A stretch of DNA of 64,000 nucleotides, taken from contig NC_045697.1 in assembly GCF_009834535.1 (NCBI RefSeq), positions 66,838,001-66,902,000 on the forward strand, written 5' to 3'. The stretch is from Camelus ferus. Taxonomy: Eukaryota. The stretch's first letter is position 1; each line of letters begins with the position of its first letter. Made by a program: the position numbers and the translations under genes. Under the pieces are notes generated by a model. The model saw only the letters and a list, made by a program, of their open reading frames with translations, did not search any database and was not told where the DNA came from. Shown piece after piece: positions 1-12,599 of this stretch.

Positions 1-222
1 CCAGATGAAGCAAAGCTTTCGATTTCTGGATACACACCCATCTGAAGAGTATCATTTGGTCCCTCAAAACATTACAGTAGGTAAATCTCTTTCTGAAAAT
101 CTTTTGAAGTAGTTTGTCCCCTGATCATCTTGGTATGCAACTGTTCTGTCTTGTTAATTATTATTTTTTTTAACCTATAAGACAGGGCAGCATTTTTGGA
201 ATGTTACGTCAATTGTCTTCTT

Positions 223-434
223 CTTTTAATTGAAGTATAGTTGATTAACAATGTTACGTTAGTTTTAGGTATATGGCATAATGGTTCAGTATTTTTTAGA
301 TCATACTCCATTTAAAGTAATTATAAAATAATGGCCTGCATCTCCCTGAGCTGTGCTGTGTATCCTTAGTAGCTTATTTTATACGGTAGTTTGTACCTCT
401 TGGTTCCCCATCCCTGTCTTGCCTCTCCTCCCTT
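223..434 (-). mobile_element. 5'-truncated L1 (3' end only) with target-site duplication
   Basis: Typical L1 3' end (ttttaattgaagtatagttgat...) flanked by gtcaattgtcttctt (208-222) and gtcagttgtcttctt (435-449). Confidence 0.8.
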
Positions 435-1044
435 GTCAGTTGTCTTCTTTTAAAATTCATAATCATTATTGTAATCAAATGATTCATCCTGCATTCATGT
501 ATACGTCTCAATGCTTTCAATTTTGTTGACAATTATTTCCCTTTTTGTTTCCTTTACGATTCTTCATCTCTTCTTGTTATCACTGCCAACACTCTGGGAA
601 TGAGGGGGTAATAATCTATATAAAACATTGAAAACCTAAGTTTAAATAGGGTAACCAGCTGCAGAATGTTCAAATGAGAGTTAAATGCCTGTTGGGACAT
701 TCAGCAGTCGCCTTCGGTGGTGGGTGACATTGATCAGCTTTGACTCCAGAGAGCACTTGTGTTTACGTTTGTGCTTGCTTGAGAGTTGAAAGTTCTAAGT
801 GATTCTTAAACGTCTATAATTGTACTGCTGATTTCCAGTTAACTGTCCCTTACTAGCTAGCAATTTCAATAAGAAGCTTGTAAATTATTTTTGCTTTGTT
901 GTAGATAATATGTACTTGAAACAGTTCTCTCACCTCCTTGCTTGTCCTCCAGCTATTTGAGTTCCCATCTGAATTGATGCCTTAGGGACACCAACTCTTT
1001 TCTCCAGGGTCTCTCTCCCTCTCCATCCCCTCTTTTTCATAATT

Positions 1045-1160
1045 CTTTTTGTATTGAAGTAACATTGGTTTATAACATTATATAAGTTTCATGTGTACAA
1101 CGTTTTATTTCTATTTCTGTATACACTACAGCGTGCTCTCCACCAAAATTTTTATTTCCA
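1045..1160 (-). mobile_element. Short L1 3'-end fragment
   Basis: ttttttgtattgaagtaacattggtttataacattatataagtttcatgtgtacaac resembles a laurasiatherian L1 3' terminus. Confidence 0.65.
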
Positions 1161-2274
1161 TCTCTTTATATTTTTAGCTTCCCCCTCTTCTCAGACAAGG
1201 GAGTGTGTTTTGAAAGCTTGAATTTACTCTCCATGATGTGATGTTTCTTTACATATCCTGGGGCATTGTAACAGTTAACATGCCAACAGTTTTACCAGCT
1301 TTTTCTCTTCTCTTTTTTGATTCTTATAAGTTACCTAAAAATACATCTTTGTATACTCATGTTTTGAGTAGGGAGACCTCATGATTAAGGAAAAATTAGT
1401 CTTTTTAGATTTAACACATTGTGTCTAACTTTTCTTGCTGTTCTGTGATTTTCTAATGTCAGAAACTTAAAATGACTTCATTTCTAATGCCTGAATTTTA
1501 CTTTTGTTGAGAAATATGTTACACGTGTAGTCTAACTGTGTAGGAAAGCAATAAAAAAAATCACTTGAGTATAGTTTGCTTATATTGTTTAAAGTAAATT
1601 TCTAAGGCCAGCTCTTTTATTGTTTTCAGTGTTTACATGCCTTAGATTTTTCATAGCAATTTCAGTAAATTGGCTAAAAAAGCCCCAAAGATTTCAGAGC
1701 CAGGGCTGTTCAGCTGCATTTTTCTTCTACAACCATATTCATGCATTTGACCTTCATCTAACAAAGAGATTCATCATTGCCCTTCCCTAGCCACTGATTA
1801 GTATGTTTGAACTTGACTGTGCTGGTTCTTGTAAACCGAGGTGTTTTGGATCACTTGAGGCTTATAAAGCCAGTAAACAATTCTGAAGGTGTTGATGATA
1901 ACTGAAGGGCTAATGTATGGCAGAACGCTGCTGCCGCTCATACAGAACACACACGCACATCATGGCTAGTGCCGTGCTCAGAGCTCTCTTCCTCGGACCT
2001 CTCAGGACTAGGTTGTTACATCTGTCTTCGACGCTGAGTATGCATCTGTATGAGAAAACAATGGAGATCTAGTTTAACAGTTTATTTCTTAGCACATGGC
2101 AGTAGTGGTTTGTGACTCATATTGGGAGCTGGCTGGCATTCATCACCCGAGCTTGTGAAGACAGTCATGTCTGTTTATAAATAGTTCTATATACAATAGT
2201 CCCTGGTTTTCATTTTTAATCCCTGGAGGGGCTTTGGGAAAACTGGGAATGAAGCAAGAAGTCCTTGCTTGATT

Positions 2275-2415
2275 CAAGGCTTGATTCTGTAGCTGCTTGT
2301 TTTATGACCTTGTACAAGTTTGTTAGATTCACCTAACTTTAATTTACCCATCTCTAAAAATAGAAATATTACATCTCATGGTGGTTGAGAGAATTAAATG
2401 AGATGGAGTAAATGA
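2275..2415 (+). mobile_element. MIR SINE fragment
   Basis: Degenerate MIR core (tgaccttgtacaagtt...catctctaaaaatag...gagaattaaatgaga); limits approximate. Confidence 0.6.
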
Positions 2416-3139
2416 AAGTCCCTTTTCATGCAGAAAACCAGACAGATTAAAAGTATTGTTTCTTTGACGCACATGATTGTGTTAAAAGCCCTCCTTTCTG
2501 TCATCCATCCTCATGCCACACCCAACTGAAGGCTGGGCTAGTTACCACAAAGCCTGGTGTCCCCAGACGCCGGCCCGGAACAGGCTACCGCATGGCAGAG
2601 TCACAGTCACCTCGCTTAGGCTGTGCTCACCCCAGCTCCTACCCCCTTAGTCTGTGTGCCTTAGTGAGAGAGACGCTTATGCCACCAGCTCCAAGCAAGG
2701 AGAACCGGCATAAACATTTGCCTGCACGGGTTCACACGCCTGCTTGGCCTCTCATGGGCTGGAAGGCCTTTGAGAAATTACCCAAGGTCTCTGAGCCTCG
2801 GTTTCCTCATCCAGGAGGTAAGCATGCTACCGCCTTCCTCTTTGGAGGTGATACCTGTGAAGGGCCAGAGTATTTAGTATTTGGCATATATGGTTATTAT
2901 GGAAATTTTGGATCCTTCTTTCTCTGAAGTTTCTGAACAGAGGAGATATAACCAGATATTTTATGATAATTCAATCAACTTTCATAAAAGGAAGTTTGGG
3001 GATTCTTTAAACAGATTGTAACCTGTAATGATCATTGACTTTCTTGTTTGCCATGAAACAAGTGATAAACGTCTTCATTTCCTTTTACTCTGGACACACA
3101 CAAACACACACACACTTACTCTGCCTGTTTGGTCTTCAG

Positions 3140-3242
3140 CACAGATGGATATTGTTTCACAATGATAGAAGAAGATGATTCTGGGATGCCCGTGGTCACT
3201 TCGGGATGTCTGGGACTAGAAGGCTCAGATTTTCAGTGTCGG
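3140..3242 (+). CDS. BMPR1B: BMPR1B internal coding exon, extracellular Cys-rich domain ([35 protein letters not shown])
   Basis: ttcag acceptor, CGG|gtaagg donor, 103 nt; translation matches the BMPR1B ectodomain. Upstream exons lie outside the window. Confidence 0.97.
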
Positions 3243-3735
3243 GTAAGGAAGAGAACTTGATTCTACTTTGTAACCTTTCATTGGCTAGATTTCAAACTGC
3301 CAAGTTTCCAACAAGGTAAAACAATTGTGGTTTTTTGTGTTTGTTTGTCTTGACTAGCCTGTTTTTTTAATAATTTAGAAAAAAATTTGAAAATTCTCAT
3401 TGGACCAATACTGCCTTCATTTTGAAATCAAGTATTCTTTTTTTCACTTTTGCTGTTAACTTCTGGTTTAGTGACTCATTTGATCATCTTGCTCAAATTC
3501 CAGCTTAGTTAACTGTGTTAACTAAAGAAGCCAAGCCTTCTTCTTCAGTTGACACTGTAAACACTGGTTATTACAAATACAGTAGTAATTTTGTTGAAAT
3601 GCAGAAGTTGCAGTAAGATAATATATGATAATTTGAAAGAAATTACCTAGTAAACATTTCCAACATGTTTGAATAAAATTATCAGAATTTTAAGTGAGTT
3701 CTCTAAATAGTATTGATTTCTAAAGTTTTAGATAA

Positions 3736-3930
<195 letters not shown>

Positions 3931-4080
3931 TAGACATAAAGAAAATAAAACCTTAAATTATTTTGTTTTCTAAATGCATCTGTCTGTACCATTTTCCACT
4001 GCTGGGGCAGAGGACCGAGGCAGATGACACAACACGACTGTCACTCAAAGACGTGCAAGGAGTTCTTGGCGAAGGAGTCA

Positions 4081-4094
4081 CACGTGACGTCACG
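4081..4094. promoter_or_regulatory. Overlapping E-box (CACGTGAC) and full CRE (TGACGTCA)
   Basis: Sequence cacgtgacgtcacg; function inferred only. Confidence 0.4.
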
Positions 4095-4744
4095 CTTTAG
4101 AGTCTTATTTCTGTAACCTCACCTCACTTCCTTGGGAAAACTGCAGTGTCCAGAACTCGCAGTGTGTTTGAGGAGGGAGAGAGAGTGTTTTGTTCGCCCC
4201 TAAAAGTTACTCAGAAGTTGCATTTCACTCAAAAACGGCTACTTGGCTACTACATTCATTGTAAAAATAAGGACCTTATAAAGGACCAAATCAGATTATT
4301 TGCTGGATGGCATTTCCTTTTATACGTGCTAAGTAACTACTTTTTAGTCAAATTACGTATCACATGTGGATAAAATGGAGAAAATACCTAGAAAATTAAA
4401 TTCTAAGGCTTACATATTTAGTGTTGGTCATTAAGAAAGATAAATATTGCATCCCAAAGACTTTTGGTTAAAAACAGCTCCCATGTTTCTTTTCTTCTTG
4501 TTCTCACCACAAAATAGTTTGTAATTGTCATACAGTCCTGGGTCTTACATAAGTAGCCTAAAATGATTCTTTATGATTGATTTTTTTATTTCTTGAGAAG
4601 ATAAAATCTTCCCAACAAAGTACAATGACATTTCAAGGTTTCAATGATAATATTTTATAACATTTGTTCCTACTATAGCCTAGAGAACTCTGTAAGATTG
4701 ATTCCTAATTAGCCACATCAAAAATTCAGTTTTTAAAATTTTGC

Positions 4745-5260
4745 CAGTCAACATGCTAGGTGGTAGGGATACAGAAATGGGTAAAGAAAGTCCTTGCTCT
4801 CACGATGTGCACTCTGGCGTATGAGAGAGAAACATGTAAGTAACTAACTCAGGTATATTTGGACCCTCTCAATAGTAGAGTTAGATTATGAGGTATATTA
4901 AGGACACAAAAGAGCGAGTGGCTCATTTTGGGATGGGAGGATGCCAGAATAGCTTCCTGGTAGTGATACTTAATGAGACTTCAAGGAGGAATAGAAGTTT
5001 GCTAAAATGGATAGGGCAGGGATAAGAAATTAAAAAATTAAAATGGCTTACATAAGCCAAGCATTATGCTTAGTATTACATTAATTAATTCAGCTTCACA
5101 GCAATACAGTGAGGTACTTAGGATTATTATTCCCCATTGAAAGAGGAGGAAATTGCAGCACAGAGAGGTTAATTATCTTTCCCAAGGTTGCACAGCCTGT
5201 GAGTAGCCATGACTCTAAACAGAGGCAACAGTAAGTGCTGCGGTTAGGTTTGAAATATTT
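4745..5260. mobile_element. L2 fragment followed by a MIR (minus)
   Basis: atgctaggtggtagggatacag...ccttgctctc (L2-like); attattccccattgaaagaggaggaaattgcagcacagagaggttaa (MIR core). Limits approximate. Confidence 0.6.
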
Positions 5261-5315
5261 GAGCAACATCTGCAAAATCCAGGCACAGGAAATGGCCTGG
5301 CTGGTTGGAGAAAGT

Positions 5316-5470
5316 CATTCTTCAAAGGGGGCCTGTGGATCAGCCGCCTCAGTACCACTTGGAGCTCCTTAGAAATACAGACTGTCAGGCCCCACCCCAG
5401 ACTACTGAACATGCATTTTTAACAAGGTTCCCAAAGTGATTTATATGCGTATGGAAGTTTGGGCAACACT
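5316..5470. mobile_element. MER5-type hAT-Charlie DNA transposon (MITE)
   Basis: tagaaatacagactgtcaggccccaccccagactactgaa...gcatttttaacaag...aagtttgggcaacact. Confidence 0.7.
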
Positions 5471-6958
5471 TTTGGTAGAAAAAGAATCTATACGTGGGTA
5501 TAGCCAGCGCCGCTGTGTCTCACCATGTTGAGTTTGATGACATCTTTTTCAAAGAGAACTCCACTGATGTCAAATTGCTGTAAAATGCCAAATGTTTACT
5601 TTCAATTTTTATAGTTAATTCCCTTGTGACCTGGTTGCAAAAGTAGGCATCCTGTAGACAACATTTTGAAAAGCACAGGTGCAGAGTCAGCCGTGTCGGC
5701 TGTGGGGGAGGGAGGTGGGGGAGGAGCGCTAGGAATGGAGGTAGACACGCTAGAATTTCTTCCCTCAGGGAGGAAAAGGCTTTTCACCTGCGAGTGGAAG
5801 TGGTGTGTCCCACAAGTAGCCCATGGGGTTTAGGAAACTGACGCTTCAAGTGCTGAAGGGGCTGCAGTGCACATGTTGCCCTGTAGATGGAGCCAGATTC
5901 TAGTTAGGACGAGGCAGGCCAAGGATATTCTCTGAGGAGGTTGAGCAGGTAGGGACTTAAAAAAATAGACTACATCTCTAGAGAACGGAATGAAAAGGAT
6001 TTGAAAAGAGGGGCAGCTGTATTGGGAAGACAAGTCTTTGGTTCAAGGCAGCATGGGAAGGAGGATGTGGATGTGGCTGGTAGGTTATGTAGAGGATTAT
6101 ATAAAGTGATAGATTTGGGGGGAATTTGGTGGCATTCGGGTTTACTGCTTTGAACTCTAAGGACTCCAGTTAGTACCTAGATGAGGTCTCTGCAGATTCT
6201 ACCTCACCCTTTTTGGCGCAGTCCTGTTGGGGTCCAGTAAAAGTCACTGCAACTGTGTCTGAGAGCACTGGTCTTTTTTATATAACTATACCATGGAGCT
6301 GCTGCTTTTTTGGTTTGTTTTTGCCTCTACCAAATGCTATGGACAACATTTTATTGGAAGTGTACTCTATATGTTTACTAAAAGTCAGTAATGCCTTGGT
6401 CAGAAACTTTTGTGTTGTAGCCATATTGGATATATGTCTCTATGAATTCATATTGGAGATATGTGTCTACATGTTATGGTATAAAGCCCCAAATAAAGAA
6501 CAGGGATGATGTTAAAGAATCATAGAACCATCTTCTCTTAATATTTTTTATTTTAGCTTAGAATAGCCCTAACTTTTGCGAAGCTGGGGCAGTAGTATAT
6601 TTGGAAGTCCACATACCATTCACCTAATTATTTAAAACTCATAAACCAGTGTAGAAGACTGGTAAATATAGTTTCTGTTAACCTGACTTAAATGTATTTT
6701 TGTAGTGATGGAGAACACCAGCTTGGCGTTGAGAATGCTTGAACTGCTTAGTCTTACTCCCTCTGGTGTGGGAGGGGAGTGATGGGGAGAGCCCGTTCTG
6801 GGTTCTGTAAGGGCCTGTCTTGCCTGCATGTGGGTGCTTGTCGTGTGTCTGTCTCGGCCTGTTGATAGAGATGCTATGGGCTGGTAGTGCCTGCAGCACT
6901 TACCTGGGCCCATAACACAGTGGCAGGCCCCCCCAGACACTTCCCCAGCTGGAGCCAA

Positions 6959-7720
6959 TGTTGTGGCTAGACGGACCTGTGTGGTTCTCATTACGATTGT
7001 AAGATGAATCTCAGTAATAGCCATCAGGGAACTTTGCAAATTAGAAAGGTTTATTATTCACAGGAACTGGAGGGTGCACAGCACACCTGAGGGCCACATG
7101 GCAAGGGCCCATGTATGGGGGTTGGGTGTGGACTTGGGGTTCTAACTTTATTGGGGGTGAAAGCGGGGGGCCTTGTGTTTCACAGGTTCACTCTTTATTG
7201 GCAAATTAATTAAAAAGTGAGTTATAATTGACACATATCATTATATTAGTTTCAGGTGTACAACATAATGACTGTTTGTATATACTGCAAAATCATCACC
7301 ACAGCAAGTCTAGTTAGCATTTGTCACCATACATGGTTACAGAAGCACTGGCAAATTTAAAACATACGAGCGGGAATTAGGGCACAGGCAGGTAAAAGGG
7401 AAGTTACTCAGGCGGTCCGCTGTCAGGGAACTTCGTAGATGGGGTGGCCCGGTTTCTCGCCTAGCTGTGTCACCAGTAGCTAGTGCCACACAGCTAGCGG
7501 CGTGCTTATTTGAGGTGGGTGTGTTTGAAATGGATGCCTCAAAAGCTCAGTGTCAGGCCCGGCACTACCACACCCCAGCCTCCCGTTTATGCTCCACCCG
7601 TGTGTCTTGCCCCCACCACCCCTCGGCCGCCCCTCAGGCCTTAGGGAATGTACACCAGCTCCTTGGTCCGCCTTCAGTAGGACAGGGCCGGAGAAGAGGG
7701 CCTCACAGTTCCCAGACACA
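6959..7720 (-). mobile_element. Old ERV LTR-like element interrupted by an L1 3' fragment (7208-7346)
   Basis: TG start, tttatt (minus polyA signal) near 7050, CA end; no matching TSD seen, family not assigned. Confidence 0.45.
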
Positions 7721-7959
7721 GGCTTAGGGCCGTTTAGGTGGAATTTCAGACTTTGGGGCAATGGCCCATGTTTTAAATGGAAAGAGGACCAGGACAAACT
7801 GGGTGGGCACGTGGCCTGGGATCTGCAGACCCACGCTCAGTGGGAAGGGGCACAGTTGAAGGGAGCCAGAGCAGGACCCTCTAAGAACCCTGCAGTTAGC
7901 TCAGGGGGTTCTAAGCTCAGACCAGGCCAATTTTCTGGCTAAGGGCAGTGGAGATCATC

Positions 7960-8200
7960 ATAACAACTGTGATCTTTGCTGACGTGAATAGAGTGCTTAC
8001 TGTGGGCCTTTTCTGAGTGCTTTACATGTACAGACTCATTTAGTCCTTCTAACAGCCCAGTGCAGAAGGCACTGTTATCGTCATCCCCATTTCACAGACG
8101 TGCAAGCTGAGGAATAGTGGGGTTAAGTACTGTGCGAAGTTTACACGGCTAGAGTAAGTCCTGGAGGTGAGAAATAGGCAGGTGGCCTCATCTCACTGAA
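7960..8200 (-). mobile_element. MIR SINE
   Basis: gtgctttacatgtacagactcatttagtcct...ccccatttcacagacgtgcaagctgagg. Confidence 0.7.
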
Positions 8201-8507
8201 TCTTCTATACAGAGCGCTGAATGACTTCCCCCCACCAAAAAAATAAAAGCTGTTACTTATCTAAGAGTCAGGAAACTCTCAATAAATAGTGGTTAGTTGT
8301 GTCACAAAATAATCAGTAAACAATTCATATGATTCCTTCAAAGCCTTCTGTTTATTATGTTTGCTTTGCCCAATTAGCGTTTTCTCTATTCTTAGGCTAT
8401 GGCATTAGGTGCTTGCTCCCTCTCTCCCTTGCACACACCCCTCCTCTTCCCCCTCCTCCACTTCCTTCTGATTTATCGTTTATGAAGGTCCCACTTGTGT
8501 ACCAGGC

Positions 8508-8691
8508 CAGAGGTTTTTAAACTTAGGGGCATCAGAATCACTTGGGGAGCTTGTTAAAACACAGAATACTGGCCCCTACCCAGAGTTTCTGATTCAGTAG
8601 ATCTGCGGGGACCCTAATAATTTGCCTTTCTAAGAAGTTTCCAGGTGATGCTGATGCTGCTGGTCCAGAGAGCACACTTTGAGATCCCCTG
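8508..8691. mobile_element. Full-length MER5A-like MITE (184 bp)
   Basis: Terminal inverted repeats cagaggtttttaaa...tttgagatcccctg, typical internal sequence, degenerate 8-bp TSD taccaggc / tactaggt as expected for hAT elements. Confidence 0.85.
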
Positions 8692-9827
8692 TACTAGGTG
8701 TTGCCCAGTAGATTGTTAGATATTGTAGCAGATTTATTAAAACCTAAATGGCAAACTACTATAAAGCAGACACTATCTTATTAAAAGAGAGGGCTGAAAA
8801 ACCCAGCTTACTATTTTTTGTTGTTGTTCTTTATTCTTAATAATTGCTCTTCCAAAAAAGTTAAAAGGTTAACCTTATCACAAAACATCTGTGTTACTAG
8901 GAGTTAAATAGTAACAGGCTTAGGTGAGGTTCTGTTATTAGACATCAGAGAAGTCCTAAGTGTAGGGGGAAATATCTACCAATAAATTTTCTTATTGAAA
9001 AATAAACAAGAAAACCTTTTCTACTAGTAGAGTTTTTTCAGATTTTTTTTCCAGCTTAGATGCGTGAGCAGGAAATTAGAGAATCACATCCAATAAATAT
9101 TTATCAGTGTACATTTAGGTCCTTGAAATTTTGTCATCTTCTCTTTCAAAAAATGATGAACGGTGGCCAGAATGCAGCAAGTTCTTTTATGAATATTAGT
9201 TTTCCTTTTGCTTTGCTAACTCCATTTTAGCACCAGCAAAGCAGAATGCTGTAGGATAATACTCTTTCTCCTGAAGGAAGAAATATGAAAAGTAATTAGA
9301 TCAAATGTAGCACCTTCATCATAAACAATAAAACATGATCTGGGAAGCCCAGTAACACTGTGGCTGGTGCTAAGGGTAGGAAGAGATGTCTACTTTGATG
9401 GAGAGGCTTATAGGGAGGAGAAGTGGTGCCCTGGTGTCTGGCTTCCTGCCTGCAGATTTAGCGTTGGAGGGGCACCGGGATGCCGGGAGGAAGGATGCAC
9501 GCCCAGACTCTCAGCATCACGTGGTCTGACCAAGATATTGTGAGTAAAGTGTTGTATTGAAGTGGCATGTAGGCCACAGAACTTGATGAGGATATTTTTC
9601 TCCTCTCAGATTACTTATTATAGTCACTTATTTTTGTTAAATCTTTTTTTCAGATGAGCATTTAGAGAAGTGAAACACTGGTGTTAAAATGAATAGAATA
9701 CGTTGCTTTATTGAATGGGATTCTCTAATTAGGTTTTGACAAAGTCAAATTAAGTTCATATAATTTTTTGGAATAGGTGTAAGTTTGTTGTTTTACTATG
9801 GGAATTACTTTATGTATATAGTACGTG

Positions 9828-10261
9828 TGTTACCGGGAGGAGGGGGAAAAATTACCTCAGGTCTTAGTCACCTGAAAAAAAATGAATTTTTAGTGAGAGA
9901 CAGAAAATGTGATGTAAACAGATCTTATTCGTAAAGTAAAAAGGTGGTAAAAGATAGAACCCTCCAGAGAACCGGGGGCGGGCCGATCCAGGAGAGGAAA
10001 CATGGTGCCGCTCCTTTCTTTCTCCTGTCTTACATCCTGGTTTAGGAGGGGTTTTCGTGATTGGTTGACAGCTCACGTTCCTTGCGCTCAGGCACGACCA
10101 TCCCTTTTGTGCAAGTGCTTACCCATGATGCACACAGAGAAACCTGTGGTGGGGGCTCAAACTGAGCCCCTTATCCTGAGCGCAGGAGTACTGTTATCTT
10201 CTGGGTTGCCCCCTCCCCCTTCCTCTCCCCTTGCCCAGAGCTCATTTCTAACTTCCTAACA
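9828..10261 (-). mobile_element. ERV1-class solo LTR (434 bp)
   Basis: TGTTA...TAACA terminal inverted repeat, 4-bp TSD cgtg/catg, CCAAT box on minus strand; layout resembles reversed MER4-group LTRs. Confidence 0.75.
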
Positions 10262-12599
10262 CATGTATACTTCCTAGAAAATGTATCAGAAACAACATTC
10301 TGTTTTGAAATAGGATAATTTCAATATAGTTTAGGTAAAATTATAATACAGGGTTTCCAAAGCTAAAATTTATCTTATTATTTCTTTTCTTATTCAATTA
10401 AAATACATATTCTGAACAGTGTACAGATTTGTTTAGAAATGCTGTTGCATAGTTTAGATACTGCCAATTACAGATTAAACTCAATAGGTAAGAGGTATTT
10501 AACCAGTGAAACATCTCCCTTATTCTCCACAACACAGATAGGTTGAATATATGATAGTGTCTAGAGTGCAAGGATGTGTTGCAGAATTTTCCTTCTGACA
10601 CATTTTTTATGCCAGTGACAGTATAAACCAGTACATGAGTCGGAGCTGAATTCCTTGTCAGCAGTTAGCTCTAACATTTCTTGAAATGTGCAGCTTTTAA
10701 TTATTTTGGAAATTCTGGTTAACTTTGGGATGGATGAAAGAAATTTAGAAATAATTAGTCTCTTTTTTTTTCTCGTTGAACGCAATAATCTGGATATAAA
10801 AATTCTGTCTTAACTTCTTTTGTTACCAAGAAATATAATTCTAAATATTTTTATGTAGGAAAAGAACTAGAAAATTATGTCTTTGTTCTTAAAGTGAATT
10901 TATTTCTAGACATTACTGTAAGATGGAATTCAATATATGATTAAAGTAAATTACTTTACACTATTATTTTTTGACTGAAATCCTCTGACAAGAATATTTT
11001 TTCAGCAACTTTATGCTCCTGTTAATAGAAGGATGTCTCCAGTTTATCTGTGATTGTAACTTTGAGAGCACATATAAAGATGTCTTTGGGTCATCGTATT
11101 TTCTAGATTCTTTTCTAGATTTTTTTCTTTTATTTCTTACTGCAGTTATGAGCCATCTTCTAGCCTTAAAAAAATAGACCTGGCATTTTAAGCAGTTACA
11201 AACCAGTTAATTACCAGAAAGGAGACAAGTAGTGACAGAATGTTATTTTGTTAGGAAACCAATACTGATTCTTACTTGCCTCTCACAGTGAACCAGGCTT
11301 CCCTGGAGAGTGCTCTGTTCTACTTCCCTGAGCAGTTGGAGTGACAGCCAGGTGGAAATCTGCTGCCCAGAGAGAACTGTGGGCTCTGTTCTTTTCCTGA
11401 TAGGTATCTGGTAGTGTTCCCCTTCCAAGATTCTGGCAGCGACTTGAATGTTTACATTTTTAATGCTCTGAGAACAGGTAATGGCAGATTAAAACACGAC
11501 CAGCGTGACTAACAGAAACAAAAGGTTTATTGATAAGGCTCACGTATTCATGACAGGAGGCAAGGAGGCAGTGGATGAGGCTGTAGGGGATAAGGTTATT
11601 GGGGCAAAGGAAAGGAAAATGGGAAGGTCATGTTAGCCTTAGAGAAAAGTGCTTGATGGTAAGGGAAGAATCCTTTATGAGAGGATAATATGAACCTTTC
11701 TGGTCTTGTGGCTGTCATAAATCAGAAATCTAGTAAGATGAGGAATAAATATGTATTCTTACAGTTCACAGTGTCTTCTGTATTTACATGGAAAAGTCAG
11801 TGAGGCTGAGTTTTAATAAAATTATATCACTTGAATAAAAAATACTCTGTACTCATATACTGACAATGTGTTGTGTTGGGGTAGTTATTTCTTCTAGTTC
11901 TAATAGAGTATCCAGTGTTCTCTTTGGTTTTCTGCAAAATCAGGCTTTTTATTTTTGTTATCCTTAAAATTGGAAATCGATTTTAAGCTAAGTTTCCAGC
12001 AATACTGTTTGCACACGTATGCACCGTGGTATTTGTGCACCTGCACGCGTATAAACATTGTTACCTGCCCTCTCCCTGGCAGAGGTTGTGCGCACCTTCA
12101 GTTTATTGCTAACTTTGCCTCTAACCTAAAGGAGGGAGGGAGAGAGAGAGGGAAAATTTATTAAGACAATTTATTGTGTAAAATTTTAGCTTGATTTTAA
12201 GAGCCTGCAGATTATTTTCAAGATTTCCTAAGCAGCACTTTTCAGACGATGCATGTGTTAATTATATGTGATTTCCGTTGGTGTTAGCGTGAATGGCTTT
12301 TTGGATGTGTACTGTAGTGGGTCAAGTTCCTGAATTCCTTTTTTTCTGGACCATAGGCAATGTTTCTGAATTTGTTCATATTAAAACTGCTTTTTAAAAA
12401 ACGGATTCTTATTTAGCTTTTTCAGGTACAGACAGAATACTTGCATTAATATTTTACAAGTAGTAGAGATCATAAGTAATTGTTAAACATATATTAGACT
12501 GATGAGTAAATCTTAATATTAACCATCTCAAGATTTGGATAAGAAATTGGCATAAAGATGTATGGATTTTAGTTTAAAATAAGTAATCCAAACTGTCTC

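Noticed and set aside
11410..11750. Possible old LTR (minus polyA signal near 11526), and a similar segment at ~52010-52350
   Set aside because: No clear termini or TSD; cannot be assigned without RepeatMasker.
12090..12420. AT-rich stretch with TTTATT/TAAT motifs resembling a developmental enhancer (also 27930-28010)
   Set aside because: Such motifs are frequent by chance in AT-rich DNA, and conservation cannot be judged from one sequence.
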